Shown: positions 10,817-21,218, counted from the first letter of the stretch. The stretch: 64,000 nt of DNA from an uncultured delta proteobacterium (GCA_963840855.1 CAWJBB010000033.1:32001-96000), one strand, 5' to 3'. The notes: generated by a model not told the origin, from the letters alone. Program-made: numbers and translations.

Positions 10817-11644
10817 ATGAGCGTCCGGCAAATTTTACCTCGAATACTACTGGCTCTAATTTTGTCACTCGCCTTAACTGCTGTTACGCCCGCGGCGCAG
10901 TCCACGAAGCAGGAGTATGAACCGCAGGTGGGGCAGGAGGGAAAAGATGTCGAATGGGTCCCGACTCCGCAGGTGTTGGTAGACAAGATGCTCGACATGG
11001 CGAAGGCTACGCCGAAGGATTATGTCATCGATCTGGGTTCGGGCGATGGCCGCACGGTTATCACGGCGGCGAAGCGGGGGATCCGCGCCCACGGCATAGA
11101 ATACAATCCGGACATGGTGGAGCTAGCCAAACGCAACGCCGCCAAGGAGGGCGTCAGTGATAAGGCCACGTTTGCAAAAGCCGATTTGTTTGTGAGTGAT
11201 TTTTCCAAAGCGACTGTGTTGACGTTATTTCTTTTGCCGGAGATTAATTTAAAGCTGAGATCCAAGATCCTCAATCTCAAACCGGGTACGCGCATTGTTT
11301 CCAACACCTTCGATATGGAAGAGTGGGAGCCGGACGAGAGCGCTACTGTGGGCGAAGGGTGCGGCAGCTGGTGTACGGCGCATCTGTGGATCGTGCCCGC
11401 GAAAGCGCAAGGAACCTGGCGGCTCGCGCACGGCGAACTCAGGCTCACGCAGACTTTTCAAAAGATCTCCGGCACGTTCAGCGCCGGCGCTAAGACCATG
11501 CAAATCTCCGATGGCAAACTGAACGGCGACCGCATCACGTTTTCCGCCGCCGGCGCGCAATACAGCGGGCGGGTGAACGGAAACGTAATGGAGGGCAGTC
11601 TAAGTTCCGGCGGAACTTGGAAGGCGGTCCGCACCGCCAAGTAG
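10817..11644 (+). CDS. class I SAM-dependent methyltransferase with N-terminal signal peptide and C-terminal beta-rich domain
   Basis: GGAGA RBS before ATG 10817; hydrophobic leader ending PAAQ; DVEWVPTP, IDLGSGDGR, GIEYN, RIVSNTF. Confidence 0.85.
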   Translation: MSVRQILPRILLALILSLALTAVTPAAQSTKQEYEPQVGQEGKDVEWVPTPQVLVDKMLDMAKATPKDYVIDLGSGDGRTVITAAKRGIRAHGIEYNPDMVELAKRNAAKEGVSDKATFAKADLFVSDFSKATVLTLFLLPEINLKLRSKILNLKPGTRIVSNTFDMEEWEPDESATVGEGCGSWCTAHLWIVPAKAQGTWRLAHGELRLTQTFQKISGTFSAGAKTMQISDGKLNGDRITFSAAGAQYSGRVNGNVMEGSLSSGGTWKAVRTAK

Positions 11645-11655
11645 GTGATTGCTTC

Positions 11656-12651
11656 TTAGATTCGCAAGAGGCGTTTGGCGTTTCCCTCAAGCAGAAGCAG
11701 CTTGTCGGTTTCCGAAATATCCAGCTGCTCGACCTTTTTGGCGGCGTCCCAGTCCCCTAAACCGTACGGATAATCGGTGCCAACCATGATGTGGTCGACG
11801 CCGCCGAGGCCGATCAGATACTTGATCGTGTCGAGGCGGTAGATCATGTTGTCGTAGTAAATGTTTTTTAGATACGCGCTGGGCGGCATCTTGGCTCCGG
11901 CGGCCCGCGCACCCGAGCGCACTTGCCATCCCCGGTCGAATCGACCCAGATGATAGGGAAAAAAGCCGCCACCGTGGAGAATGCAGAGCTTCAAGTTGGG
12001 GAACCGGTCGAACACGCCGCTGTAGGTCATGAAACCGAAGCAGAGCGCGCTGTCGGCGGGATTGCCGCATATGAGTTTCAAGCCATAAGGATTCATTTTG
12101 TCAGCGCCAGCGACGTCTTCCGGGTGCATAACCACCATGACATCCAGTTCTTGCGCTTTTGCCCAAAACGGATCGAACTCTTCGGTGCCATAGTAGTTGC
12201 CGTTGACGTTGGTGCCGATGTAGCCGCCGCGGAAATTAAGATCGCGGACGGCGCGCTCCAAGACCCTGGCGGCGCGCGCCGGGTCCTGCAGCGGTACGGA
12301 GGCCAAACCGACGAACTTGTCAGGATGGTGATTGATCAATTCGTAAATACCGTCGTTATAAACCTTGCACCAGTTTTCGCCCTGCTCGCCCGTGAGTCTG
12401 TAGCCGAGGGTGGCGGTGTGCGCTTCCAGCGCGGCCATGGCGAGCTTTGAGTCCTGCATCATCTTGAGCCGCTTGTCGATGGCCGGCAGCTCCGGATGAA
12501 GAACGAACGGCGGGCCGCCCGCGAAAGAAAGCGAGCGCTGTCCGTCTTTCTCGATTAGCTCGACGCCAAGGTGTCTACCGCGGACTTTGGCTTCCTGCAA
12601 AAGACTTTCGGGAACGTAATGATGATGCACGTCGATGGCGCAAGTGTTCAT
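11656..12651 (-). CDS. amidohydrolase family 2 protein (ACMSD-like decarboxylase/hydrolase)
   Basis: IDVHHH, VMHP, LHGGGFFPY, GTDYPY motifs. Confidence 0.88.
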   Translation of the reverse strand: MNTCAIDVHHHYVPESLLQEAKVRGRHLGVELIEKDGQRSLSFAGGPPFVLHPELPAIDKRLKMMQDSKLAMAALEAHTATLGYRLTGEQGENWCKVYNDGIYELINHHPDKFVGLASVPLQDPARAARVLERAVRDLNFRGGYIGTNVNGNYYGTEEFDPFWAKAQELDVMVVMHPEDVAGADKMNPYGLKLICGNPADSALCFGFMTYSGVFDRFPNLKLCILHGGGFFPYHLGRFDRGWQVRSGARAAGAKMPPSAYLKNIYYDNMIYRLDTIKYLIGLGGVDHIMVGTDYPYGLGDWDAAKKVEQLDISETDKLLLLEGNAKRLLRI

Positions 12652-12699
12652 TTTGGCCTAGATCCCTCTTTCGGAAATTTTAATTATCGATAATCGTCG

Positions 12700-12732
12700 C
12701 CCTCACCCTAACCCTCTCCCCGCGGGAGAGGG
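12700..12732. repeat. REP-like palindrome CCCTCACCCTAACCCTCTCCC-N3-GGGAGAGGG
   Basis: Perfect 9-bp stem ccctctccc/gggagaggg with 3-nt loop, intergenic. Confidence 0.75.
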
Positions 12733-12794
12733 AAGGATGAGAGAAGAACTTTTAACGAGCAGGAAACGAAGTGTTCGCCGAGCGGACCAGCTAG

Positions 12795-14456
12795 TTACAC
12801 GCACAGTTGTTGGCGACGCACCTTGCCGGGGAAAACATCGTTGCAACTGCCGTCCTCGACTACAGTTTGGCCGTTGACGACCACGGCTTTCATCCCGGGC
12901 GGGTGCCGCTTGACTTCTTGAGCGTCAATGACGGCTGGCAGCTTCTCGCTGACTAAATCGTCGATCTTGTCGGCGTCAAAAATCGTCACGTCCGCGGGCA
13001 TGCCTTCGCGCAGCAGACCGCGGTTGAGGCGAAGCTTCTCAGCCGGGAACCCGGTCACCTTGTGCACCGCTTTCTCCAGGCTCATCAGATGCTTCTCGCG
13101 ACTCCAGTAGCCGAGCACTCTGACCGGGGCGCCATGCCAGAAGAAACGGTCGAGATGCGCGCCCACGTCGGTGCCGATCAAACTGGTTTCCGACTGAATC
13201 ATCTGCGCCAGAATATCCTGATGGGCATTGGCGAGGCCGTGATAGACGCACTGGGATTTGAGATTGTCCTCCAGCCAGGTATCGAAGAACGCGTCCACCT
13301 CGGCCTTCTCGGTGAGCCGCGCGATTTCCGCGACGTTCTTGCCTTCGAGCTTTTTGAGTTCCGGTTTCTCGATATGTTCGAAAACCATGCGGTCCCAAGA
13401 ATGCCATTCGGGAAATTCCGGTTTGCCGGCTCCCGCAATGCGTTCTTGTTCGAGTTTTTTTCTGATTTCTTTGTCCCCGAGCTTGCTGCTGAGGTCGCTC
13501 GAGTTCTTGATCGCTTCCCAGGTCGGCAGGCCGTTCAAGAAAAAGCAGTCGTTGATGGTAAAGCGGCGGATGTGAGTGTAGGGGATGACGACGCCGAAGA
13601 GCTGTTGGCCGCGCTTCTGCGCTTCCTCCATGTAGGCGATGGCCTTCGGGGCGTCTGCCTTTTGTCCGGGACGCTGGCGAAATTCGTTGCCGATCTGCAA
13701 GCCGCGAATGCGTTTTAGCATGTCGGGAACGCCACTCTCGGGCTGGAGCATCATCTGAAAGCCGTTGAATTGAAAGCAGCCGTTGTATTCCGCCGCTACG
13801 TTGGCCAGCTCGACGATCTCGTTATGATTGGCGAAGGTGCTCGGCGTGCCGGCGTGAATCGCGGGTCCGCCGCGCGGACTGGTGGAAAATCCGATGGCGC
13901 CCAGCTCCATCCCTTCGCGCACCATTTTTTTCATCGCATCGAGTTCCTCCGGTTTTGCTTCGCGCTCATAGGCGGCTTCGCCCATGACCGTAAGCCGAAC
14001 CGGGGAATGGGGCATGAGAGGAAGGCAGTTCACGGCGATATGGCCTTCAATATAATTGAGATATTCGGCGTAGGTGTTCCACTTCCAGTCCTTGTCGTCG
14101 ACATACTTATCCAGCACGCGGCGCAGATACTCGACCAGCACCTTGCGTGGCTCGGGCTTGGCTGGCACCGGCGCGCAGGAGGCGCCGCAATCGCCGATGA
14201 CGATGCTGGTGACGCCGTAATTGACCACCGGATTGCCGTTTGGATACTGGACGATGAAGGCGTCCATGTGGGTGTGGGAGTCGATGAATCCGGGCGCCAC
14301 TACATGTCCTTTGGCGTCGATCTCTTTCTTTCCCGAGCCAAGGTTTTTGCCGATGGCAGTGACTTTTTCGCCGTCGATGGCGACATCGGCTTCGAAGCCT
14401 GGGCTTCCACTGCCGTCAATAACGGTGCCGTTTTTAATTACCAAATCGTGAGCCAT
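12795..14456 (-). CDS. N-acyl-D-amino-acid deacylase family amidohydrolase
   Basis: DLVIKNGTVIDGSG, APGFIDSHTHMD, GDCG, RGLLREGMPADVTIFD. Confidence 0.88.
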   Translation of the reverse strand: MAHDLVIKNGTVIDGSGSPGFEADVAIDGEKVTAIGKNLGSGKKEIDAKGHVVAPGFIDSHTHMDAFIVQYPNGNPVVNYGVTSIVIGDCGASCAPVPAKPEPRKVLVEYLRRVLDKYVDDKDWKWNTYAEYLNYIEGHIAVNCLPLMPHSPVRLTVMGEAAYEREAKPEELDAMKKMVREGMELGAIGFSTSPRGGPAIHAGTPSTFANHNEIVELANVAAEYNGCFQFNGFQMMLQPESGVPDMLKRIRGLQIGNEFRQRPGQKADAPKAIAYMEEAQKRGQQLFGVVIPYTHIRRFTINDCFFLNGLPTWEAIKNSSDLSSKLGDKEIRKKLEQERIAGAGKPEFPEWHSWDRMVFEHIEKPELKKLEGKNVAEIARLTEKAEVDAFFDTWLEDNLKSQCVYHGLANAHQDILAQMIQSETSLIGTDVGAHLDRFFWHGAPVRVLGYWSREKHLMSLEKAVHKVTGFPAEKLRLNRGLLREGMPADVTIFDADKIDDLVSEKLPAVIDAQEVKRHPPGMKAVVVNGQTVVEDGSCNDVFPGKVRRQQLCV

Positions 14457-14532
14457 TAGGAGCGCCTCCTTATGCAGGTAAGATTAATTTGCTTATCCCA
14501 CCGAATGGGTTCGGCTGTCAACTGCTTGATAT

Positions 14533-14731
14533 CCAGTTCCTAGTTTCGAGTTTCTGGTTTCAGGTTAATCGGATCGCGGACGTATATCCGTCCGCGTAAA
14601 TCGTCGTGTTACGAATCTCAGTAGTTGAGACTGTTATAGGAGTGGTCTCTAAAGTGGGCTGATTTGAAACTAGAAAGTCTCGAGCTCCGAGACTTGGCTG
14701 GACAGAAACTAGAAACCAGAGACTAGAAACT
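14533..14731. repeat. inverted heptamer-array element (GTTTCTA...TAGAAAC)
   Basis: Left arm ccagttcctagtttcgagtttctggttt, right arm cagaaactagaaaccagagactagaaact; lies between tctA stop and the deacylase gene; same family as 34767-34876. Confidence 0.8.
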
Positions 14732-14740
14732 TCCCCTGGT

Positions 14741-16243
14741 CTACACCGCGTCTGCAGGCCGCTCGTATTTGGCTTTGCCCATGCGCTCTTTGATCGTAGG
14801 ATAAGCGATGGTAAAAATCGTGATCGCGATGAGCGACAAGCACGCTGGGAAACAAGCAGCCACTTGGCGCCATAGGCCGCGGTGGATATCCATAAATAAT
14901 TTTCCGCGATCTTACCCAGGGTAAGCCCCAGTATCAGCGGCGGCCGCGGCCAGCCAAATTTGACCATGAAATAGCCGATCACTCCGAAAAGAATTGTCGT
15001 TATGTTATCGTTGATATCGTTATTCGCGGTGAAAGAGCCGATGAAAACGAGGAACATCAAAAAGGGTATCAGTATCGAACCACGAACGAATGTGAGAGCA
15101 GCGAGATGATTCAAAAACATAAAGCAAATACCGGCGACGATGATATTGGCGATAATCAGCACCCAAACCATGGCGAAGGTGACGTCGAGCTTGGATTTGA
15201 GCATTTCCGGTCCAGGGTTGAGTCCGACGATCAACATGGCCCCGAGGAGCAGAGCCATGGCGCCGCTGCCCGGAATACCGAAGGCAATCGTTGGTATCAA
15301 ATCGCCGCCCCGTGTTGAGTTGTTTGCACACGCGGGGCCGAGCAGGCCTTCGATGGCGCCCTTGCCGGCTCTCGATTTGTCTTTTAATCCCTGCACCGCG
15401 TGGGCGTAGGAAATCCACTGGGCCACGTTGGCGCCCAAAACCGGTAGAACCCCAAAGTACACGCCGATCAAACTGCAACGCATGACCAGCCAGAAGTGGC
15501 GGAAGGTGTCTTTGACCCCTTCCATGACGCCGGTTATTTTTCCGGTCTGGCCGCCCGCAATGCTCGTGCCGCGCACCGCGAGATCGACGATTTCCGGTAT
15601 GGCGAACAACCCCACGACAACCGGTATTAGATCGAGCCGGTCCCATAAATAAAGCGATCCGAAGGTGTAGCGCAAAGATCCCGTTTGCGGGTCTACGCCG
15701 ATGGCGGCGAGCATAAGTCCGAGGCCGCCGGCAAGAAGCCCTTTGATCAACGACGGTCCGGCAAGCGTTCCGATAAACGTAATGCCCATGATCGCGATAA
15801 TGAACAATTCCGGGTGAGCCGAACAGCAATACGAGGGGACGCATAATAGGAATGGAGAGGGCTAGTGAGAATGCTCCGATCAGGGATCCCAGCACGGAGC
15901 TTGTTATCGCCGCGCCCAAGGCGCGGCCGGCCTCGCCATTTTTAGACATGGGGTAGCCATCTAATATGAGCGCGGCGGAGGATCCCTCCCCTGGAATCCC
16001 GAAAAGAATCGACGTCAGGTCGCCGGTGGTGCCGGTGACGGCGAGCATGCCGAGCAGAAAGCAGAAGGCTTCGATGGGAGTTTTGATCGTATATGAGAAC
16101 GGCAACATCAACGCGAGGGTTGACAGGCCGCCGATGCCGGGAAGCAGGCCGACCCAAAAACCGATGAAGATCCCCAGCAGCATATATCCGAAAGCCGGCC
16201 AGGCGAGAACTTTCCAAAACCCGATAACGAAGGCTTCAAGCAT
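14741..16243 (-). CDS. tctA: tripartite tricarboxylate transporter large permease TctA (frameshifts near 15810 and 14850)
   Basis: GLLPGIGG, TSILFGIPG, DGYPMSKNGEAGRALG, then second repeat GDLIPTIAFGIPGSG and WPRPPLILG. Frame-corrected C-terminus ...ERMGKAKYERPADAV* ends at TAG 14741. Confidence 0.9.
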
Positions 16244-16393
16244 ATGAAACTCCTAACGCTCTATTCGACCTGTGGACCATGCTCCATATCGCATCTTGAA
16301 CCGTGGGTCAACCGATTCAGGCCAGGGAGTAATGGAGTTATGCACTTAAAATCAATGGCGTCTTGATTGAGGCCGACGTTCCACGACAATATG

Positions 16394-17488
16394 CTACTTG
16401 CTCAAGATCCGCTTGAGCGCGGCGGTCACGTCGGGCGGCTGATTGACGATTTCCTTTGCCAGCGATTCAAGCTCCTCGCCCGCGACCGGCCCGGCCTCCC
16501 AGCCGCGCTTCTTTAGCTCATCGTTAAATGCAGGGTCCTTAAACATTTTCGTCCAGGCCTGGCGCAGAATGTTGACTCGTTCTGCGGGTACGCCCGGTGT
16601 CGAAACAATGGGCCGCGAACCAAAGCCCCACAGACCCAGATAGGTCGTGATCAAACGCCGCTTGGAGTCGGAAATTTTGTATCGCTCCATCAATTCGAAA
16701 ACAGTCGGTACGTCGGGAATTTTGGGGTGACGTTTCTCTTCGGTCTGGAGGAGAATCCGGACGAAGCCCTTCTTGTGCCAGGTCAAGAATGGTTCGCGGC
16801 CGAAGAACCCTTCTATCGTGATGGCGCGGCAGTTAACTTCGCCGCGTTCCATGGCGAGATCTTGTTCGGAGCCGCCGGGATAGCCGCTTACGACGTTGAA
16901 TTTCAGCCCAAGAGCGTCTTGCAGCAGACGTGGCAGGTCGTAGCCGGTGCTACCCACGCCCGTGGCCGAGCACTTCGGCGGATCGTTGGTGTCGCGCAAA
17001 TCATCCAAGGACTTAAACGGCGCGTCAGAGCGGATATACAGGAGATGTCCGCCGCGGTCAGGCGTGCCGATCCAGCTGAATTTCGGCCAGTCGAACTGGA
17101 CTTCCTTGCTCCCGGTTATTTGCGCAATGATCAGTGCGCCGCCGATCGCGCCCAGGGTAAGCCCATCGGGCTTGGTGACGTTATAAACATGATTCGCCGC
17201 AATCATCGCGCCGGCGCCGGGCATGTTCTGGACGACGAACTCCGGATTTCCCGGAATGTGTTTTCCGAGAAAACGGGCATAGGTGCGTGCCCATTGATCG
17301 TGGTTGTCGCCGGGCTGGTAGCCGACGATCACGCGCAGCGTCTTACCTTGGTAAAAATTCGCTTGCGCGAATGCTGGTTCAAGGTTCAAGGGGTTCAAAA
17401 GTCCAAAAGTTAGAAATCCGAAAACAGAAAGAACCTTGAACAGGTGAACCTTTGAACATTTGAACGAATCGTTGAGCGGATAGTTCAT
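16394..17488 (-). CDS. TctC/Bug family solute-binding protein, copy 1
   Basis: Signal peptide, FYQGKT, VQNMPGAG, KPDGLT, PPKC, ERGEVNCR, FFGREPF. Confidence 0.92.
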   Translation of the reverse strand: MNYPLNDSFKCSKVHLFKVLSVFGFLTFGLLNPLNLEPAFAQANFYQGKTLRVIVGYQPGDNHDQWARTYARFLGKHIPGNPEFVVQNMPGAGAMIAANHVYNVTKPDGLTLGAIGGALIIAQITGSKEVQFDWPKFSWIGTPDRGGHLLYIRSDAPFKSLDDLRDTNDPPKCSATGVGSTGYDLPRLLQDALGLKFNVVSGYPGGSEQDLAMERGEVNCRAITIEGFFGREPFLTWHKKGFVRILLQTEEKRHPKIPDVPTVFELMERYKISDSKRRLITTYLGLWGFGSRPIVSTPGVPAERVNILRQAWTKMFKDPAFNDELKKRGWEAGPVAGEELESLAKEIVNQPPDVTAALKRILSK

Positions 17489-17510
17489 AACGGCCTCACT
17501 TTTGTCAAAT

Positions 17511-17907
17511 TTATTTGCTCAAGAGTTTTTTCAGCCATTCGATCACTTCCGGTGGTTGATCGATCACTTCCTTGGCGTGGATTTGGCCATCGAACGAGGC
17601 GAGGCGCAATGCCCGCCATCACTATTGCGGCGTTTTTGGCGACGTTGTAGACATGGCATTGGACGCGATTCGTGGCCGGATTGCCAGGAATATGTTTCCC
17701 CATGCTGCGGGAATAGGCGCGCGCAAAAAGATCGTGCGTATCGCCGGGTAGATTGCCAACGACGATGCGAATGGTTTTGCCATGGTAAAAATGCTTGCGC
17801 GAATACTCGTTCAAGGTTCAAGGGTTCAAGAGTTCAAGGGTCAGAACGGAGAAGAGTCCGAGAACCTTGAACCCTTGAACTTTTGAACTCTTGAACTGGT
17901 TTGCCAT
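17511..17907 (-). pseudogene. scrambled TctC/Bug relic, copy 2 (large internal deletion plus inverted fragment)
   Basis: ATG 17907 MANQFKSSKVQGFKVLG..., FYHGKTIRIVVGNLPGDTHD, HVYNVAK, then a plus-strand piece VDLAIERGEAQC, then C-terminal AKEVIDQPPEVIEWLKKLLSK* (TAA 17511). Confidence 0.88.
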
Positions 17908-17910
17908 TTC

Positions 17911-18993
17911 TCATTCGCGCCCGAGCACCCACTTCATACGCTCGATGATTTCACGGGGCTGGGTCATGACCTCCTTGGACAGGCTCTGCAGCTCTTCGCC
18001 TTTTGTTGGATCGACCTCCCATCCCTGTTTGGCGGCTTCGCCCAGCAGATCTGGATCGGCGATGGCTTTTGCATAGGCGTCGCGAAGAATCTTAACGCGG
18101 TCGGCGGGGGTGCCGGGAGCGGCGCCAATGGGGCGGCCAAGGGTGGCGGCGGTCAAAATAACTTTGGCGAGACGGCGGCCGGCCTCGGAAGTCTTGTACT
18201 GCTGCATCAGCTCGATCAACGTGGCAGTGTCCTTCAGCCGTGGATCGCGCTTTGCGCCGGTTTGCAGCATGACGCGCACATAGCCGGATTTATGCCAGCG
18301 TCTGTACGGCTCGCGGCCAAAATAGGTTGCGAGCAGCGGCGACCAGCAGATGACTTCATTGCGCTCAATGGCCAATTCAATATCCGGAGCCCCCGGGTAG
18401 CCGCTGACGATCTGAGTTTTGATGCCGAGAGTTTCTTCCAGGAGTCTGGGAATATAGTGGCCAGTGCTGCCCGTACCCGTGCTGCCGCATTTGGCCGGCT
18501 CTTTCGCGTTACGTAAATCGTCGATGGTTTTGAATGGCGCGTCGGCGCGAATGTAATGGACGATGTCGTTCTTTTCCGGCGAGCCGATCCAGTTAAATTT
18601 TGTCCAATCGAATTTCACTTCGGGTCTGCCCACCAGTTGATCGAAATAGAGCGCAGGGTTGACAGCCCCAAGGGTCAACCCGTCGGGTTTGGCAACGCCA
18701 TACACGTAATTGGCGCCGATGATGTTCCCGGCTCCAGGCATGTTCTGCACCACGATCGACGGGTGTCCCGGGATGTACTTGACGATGTGACGCGCCGTGA
18801 GACGCGCCCAGAGATCGTAACCGCCGCCGGTGGTCGAAGCGACGACCAGCGTGAGGGTTTTGCCCTGATAGAAGGGTGTCTGGGCAGACGCCCGTTCAAT
18901 GTTCAAGGGGTTCAAGAGTCCAAGCGCCAGGACAAAGAAGAGTCCGATAACATTGAACGCTTGAACCCTTGAACTTTTGAACGCCTTAGGCAT
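17911..18993 (-). CDS. TctC/Bug family solute-binding protein, copy 3
   Basis: Same motif set as copy 1; GGGYDLW, ERNEVICWSPL. Confidence 0.92.
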   Translation of the reverse strand: MPKAFKSSRVQAFNVIGLFFVLALGLLNPLNIERASAQTPFYQGKTLTLVVASTTGGGYDLWARLTARHIVKYIPGHPSIVVQNMPGAGNIIGANYVYGVAKPDGLTLGAVNPALYFDQLVGRPEVKFDWTKFNWIGSPEKNDIVHYIRADAPFKTIDDLRNAKEPAKCGSTGTGSTGHYIPRLLEETLGIKTQIVSGYPGAPDIELAIERNEVICWSPLLATYFGREPYRRWHKSGYVRVMLQTGAKRDPRLKDTATLIELMQQYKTSEAGRRLAKVILTAATLGRPIGAAPGTPADRVKILRDAYAKAIADPDLLGEAAKQGWEVDPTKGEELQSLSKEVMTQPREIIERMKWVLGRE

Positions 18994-19000
18994 CCTTTAC

Positions 19001-20095
19001 TTACTCCCGTCCGATAACCCATTTCATTCGATCGATCACATTTTGCGGCTGACTCACGACCTCTTTGGCCATGCCATCGAGCTCGTCGCCGGTGAGCGGG
19101 GCCAGTTCCCAGCGCCGTTTCTTCACCTCGGCCAAAAGCTCCGGATCATTCATGGTAGCGACGTAGGCCTGCCGCAAAAGCTTCACACGCTCCGCCGGCA
19201 GCGCGGGCGGCGCGACGATGGGACGGCCCAGGGTGGCGGCTGTTAAGACCACCCGCGCGAGGCGCTTGCCCGCCTCCGGGGTTTTATACTGGTCCATCAA
19301 CTCGTAAATGGTTGGCACGCTTTCCAGCCGCGGGTCACGCTTTCTGCCCATTTGAACTAGCACGCGTACGAAGCCTTTCTTGTACCAACTCATGTAAGGT
19401 TCGCGTCCGAAGAAGGTTGCGATGAGCGGCGACCAACAGATGACTTCCCCTCGTTCCACGGCCAGATCGATTTCCGTTCCGCCCTGGTAACCACCGACGA
19501 TGGTGTGCTTCAGTCCGAGTGTTTCTTCGAGAAGTCGCGGTATGTAATGGCCGGTGGTTCCCGTTCCTGAACTACCGCACCGAGGTGGTTCCTTGGCCGT
19601 CCGAATATCTTCCACGGTTTTATACTGTGAGTCGGCGCGCATGTAATGGAGCGGTTCGTTCTGTTCGGGAGAACCAATCCAGGTAAACTTAACCCAGTCG
19701 AATTTGATTTCTGATCGGCCCACCAACTGATCGAAATAGAGCGCGGGAAGAATTGCGCCAAGCGTAAGTCCGTCGGGTTTGGCTAAGTTATAAATCTGGT
19801 TCGCGGCAACGACGGAGCCCGCGCCTGGCACGTTCTGGACGACAATCTCCGGATTGCCGGGAATATGCTTGCCGTAATAGCGAGCGAGCAAGCGCGCCCA
19901 TAGATCATATCCACCGCCGGTTGAGGAGCCGACGACGAGCTTGATGGTCTTGCCTTGGTAAAAAGGCGTCTGGGCAGACGCCAGTTCAAGGTTCAAGAGG
20001 CTCAAGAGTTCAACGACAGAAAAGGCAAGGACTCCGAATACCTTGAACCTTTGAACTTTTGAACTCTTGAACCCGTGGAGCGGTGACCTTTCCAT
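19001..20095 (-). CDS. TctC/Bug family solute-binding protein, copy 4
   Basis: Same motif set; most similar to copy 3 (GGGYDLW, CWSPL, KWV.GRE end). Confidence 0.92.
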   Translation of the reverse strand: MERSPLHGFKSSKVQRFKVFGVLAFSVVELLSLLNLELASAQTPFYQGKTIKLVVGSSTGGGYDLWARLLARYYGKHIPGNPEIVVQNVPGAGSVVAANQIYNLAKPDGLTLGAILPALYFDQLVGRSEIKFDWVKFTWIGSPEQNEPLHYMRADSQYKTVEDIRTAKEPPRCGSSGTGTTGHYIPRLLEETLGLKHTIVGGYQGGTEIDLAVERGEVICWSPLIATFFGREPYMSWYKKGFVRVLVQMGRKRDPRLESVPTIYELMDQYKTPEAGKRLARVVLTAATLGRPIVAPPALPAERVKLLRQAYVATMNDPELLAEVKKRRWELAPLTGDELDGMAKEVVSQPQNVIDRMKWVIGRE

Positions 20096-20141
20096 GAATA
20101 GTATCAGCCTCCGTGCTCCGATCTAATCACCATTGCCGGTT

Positions 20142-21174
20142 CTACATCCCGATCAGTTTTTTTACTTTCTCCACGATGTCCGGCGGGGTGGTCATGACTT
20201 CTTTGGCAAGCTTGTCGAGTTCCTCGCCGGCGGCCGGGTCGATATCGAGCCGGCGCCTTTCCGCCTCAGCCAAGAAGGCCGGATCACTGATCGTCTTGTT
20301 AAACGCGTCGCGCATGATCTTCACTCGGTCCGCCGGTACGCCCGGAGGGAAAACCATGGGCCGGCCAAACTCGTCGGACGCCACCACGACCTTTACGAGG
20401 CGCCGAACATTTTCGGAGGTCTTATACTTGTTCATCAGCTCGTCGAACAACGGCACGTCTTTAAGCCTTGGGTCGGGGCTGCCGCCCGTCTGGTAAAGCA
20501 CGCGAACGAAGTTTTTCTTGCGCCAGGTAATAAACGGCTCACGCGAAAAAAAGGCATTGATGGTAAAAGCCCGGCAAACGACTTCGCCGCGCTCCACGGC
20601 GAGGTCGATGTCCGATCCCGCGACATACCCCGAGACGATGTCGAACTTGGTGCCAAACGCATCTTCCATGAGCTTTGGCATATAATACGCCGACGAGGTG
20701 ACTCCGGTTGCGCCGCACTTGGGCGGACTGGACGCAGTTCGAATATCTTCGATCGTCTTATAGGGCGCGTCGGCGCGCATGTACATGAGACTCTTCGAGC
20801 TTACCGGACTGCCAATCCAGATAAACTTACTCCAGTCGAATTTGGCCTCCGGCCGCTTGGCGAGTTGCTCGAAGTAGAGCGCGGGATAAATCGCGCCGAG
20901 GGTTAGACCGTCAGGTTTGGCGATATTGTAAACCTGATTGGTGCCGATCAATCCCGCCGCGCCGGCCACGTTTTGAATGATGATGTTTGGGTTTCCCGGA
21001 ATGTGCTTGGGCATGAATTCCGCGACCAGGCGCGGGTAAAGGTCATAGACGTCGCCCGGCTTGGCGGCCGCTATTATCGTGACAGTCTTACCCTGATAGT
21101 AGGGAGTCTGGGCGGATACACTTGGAGACCCACGCGACGAACAAAAGCAGAAAGTAGATGACGCTCCGATGCAT
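20142..21174 (-). CDS. TctC/Bug family solute-binding protein, copy 5 (frameshift in signal peptide near 21120)
   Basis: AGGAG RBS plus ATG 21174 gives MHRSVIYFLLLFVAW in another frame; mature part intact (PGDVYDLY, CRAFT). Confidence 0.88.
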
Positions 21175-21218
21175 AAAATCTCCTCTTGATGATTCACTCG
21201 ACGAGCCCGTTTAATTCT

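Noticed and set aside
14560-14740. C-terminal extension of TctA given by the ORF track
   Set aside because: It results from a frameshift near 14850 and reads through the heptamer repeat; the corrected frame stops at 14741.
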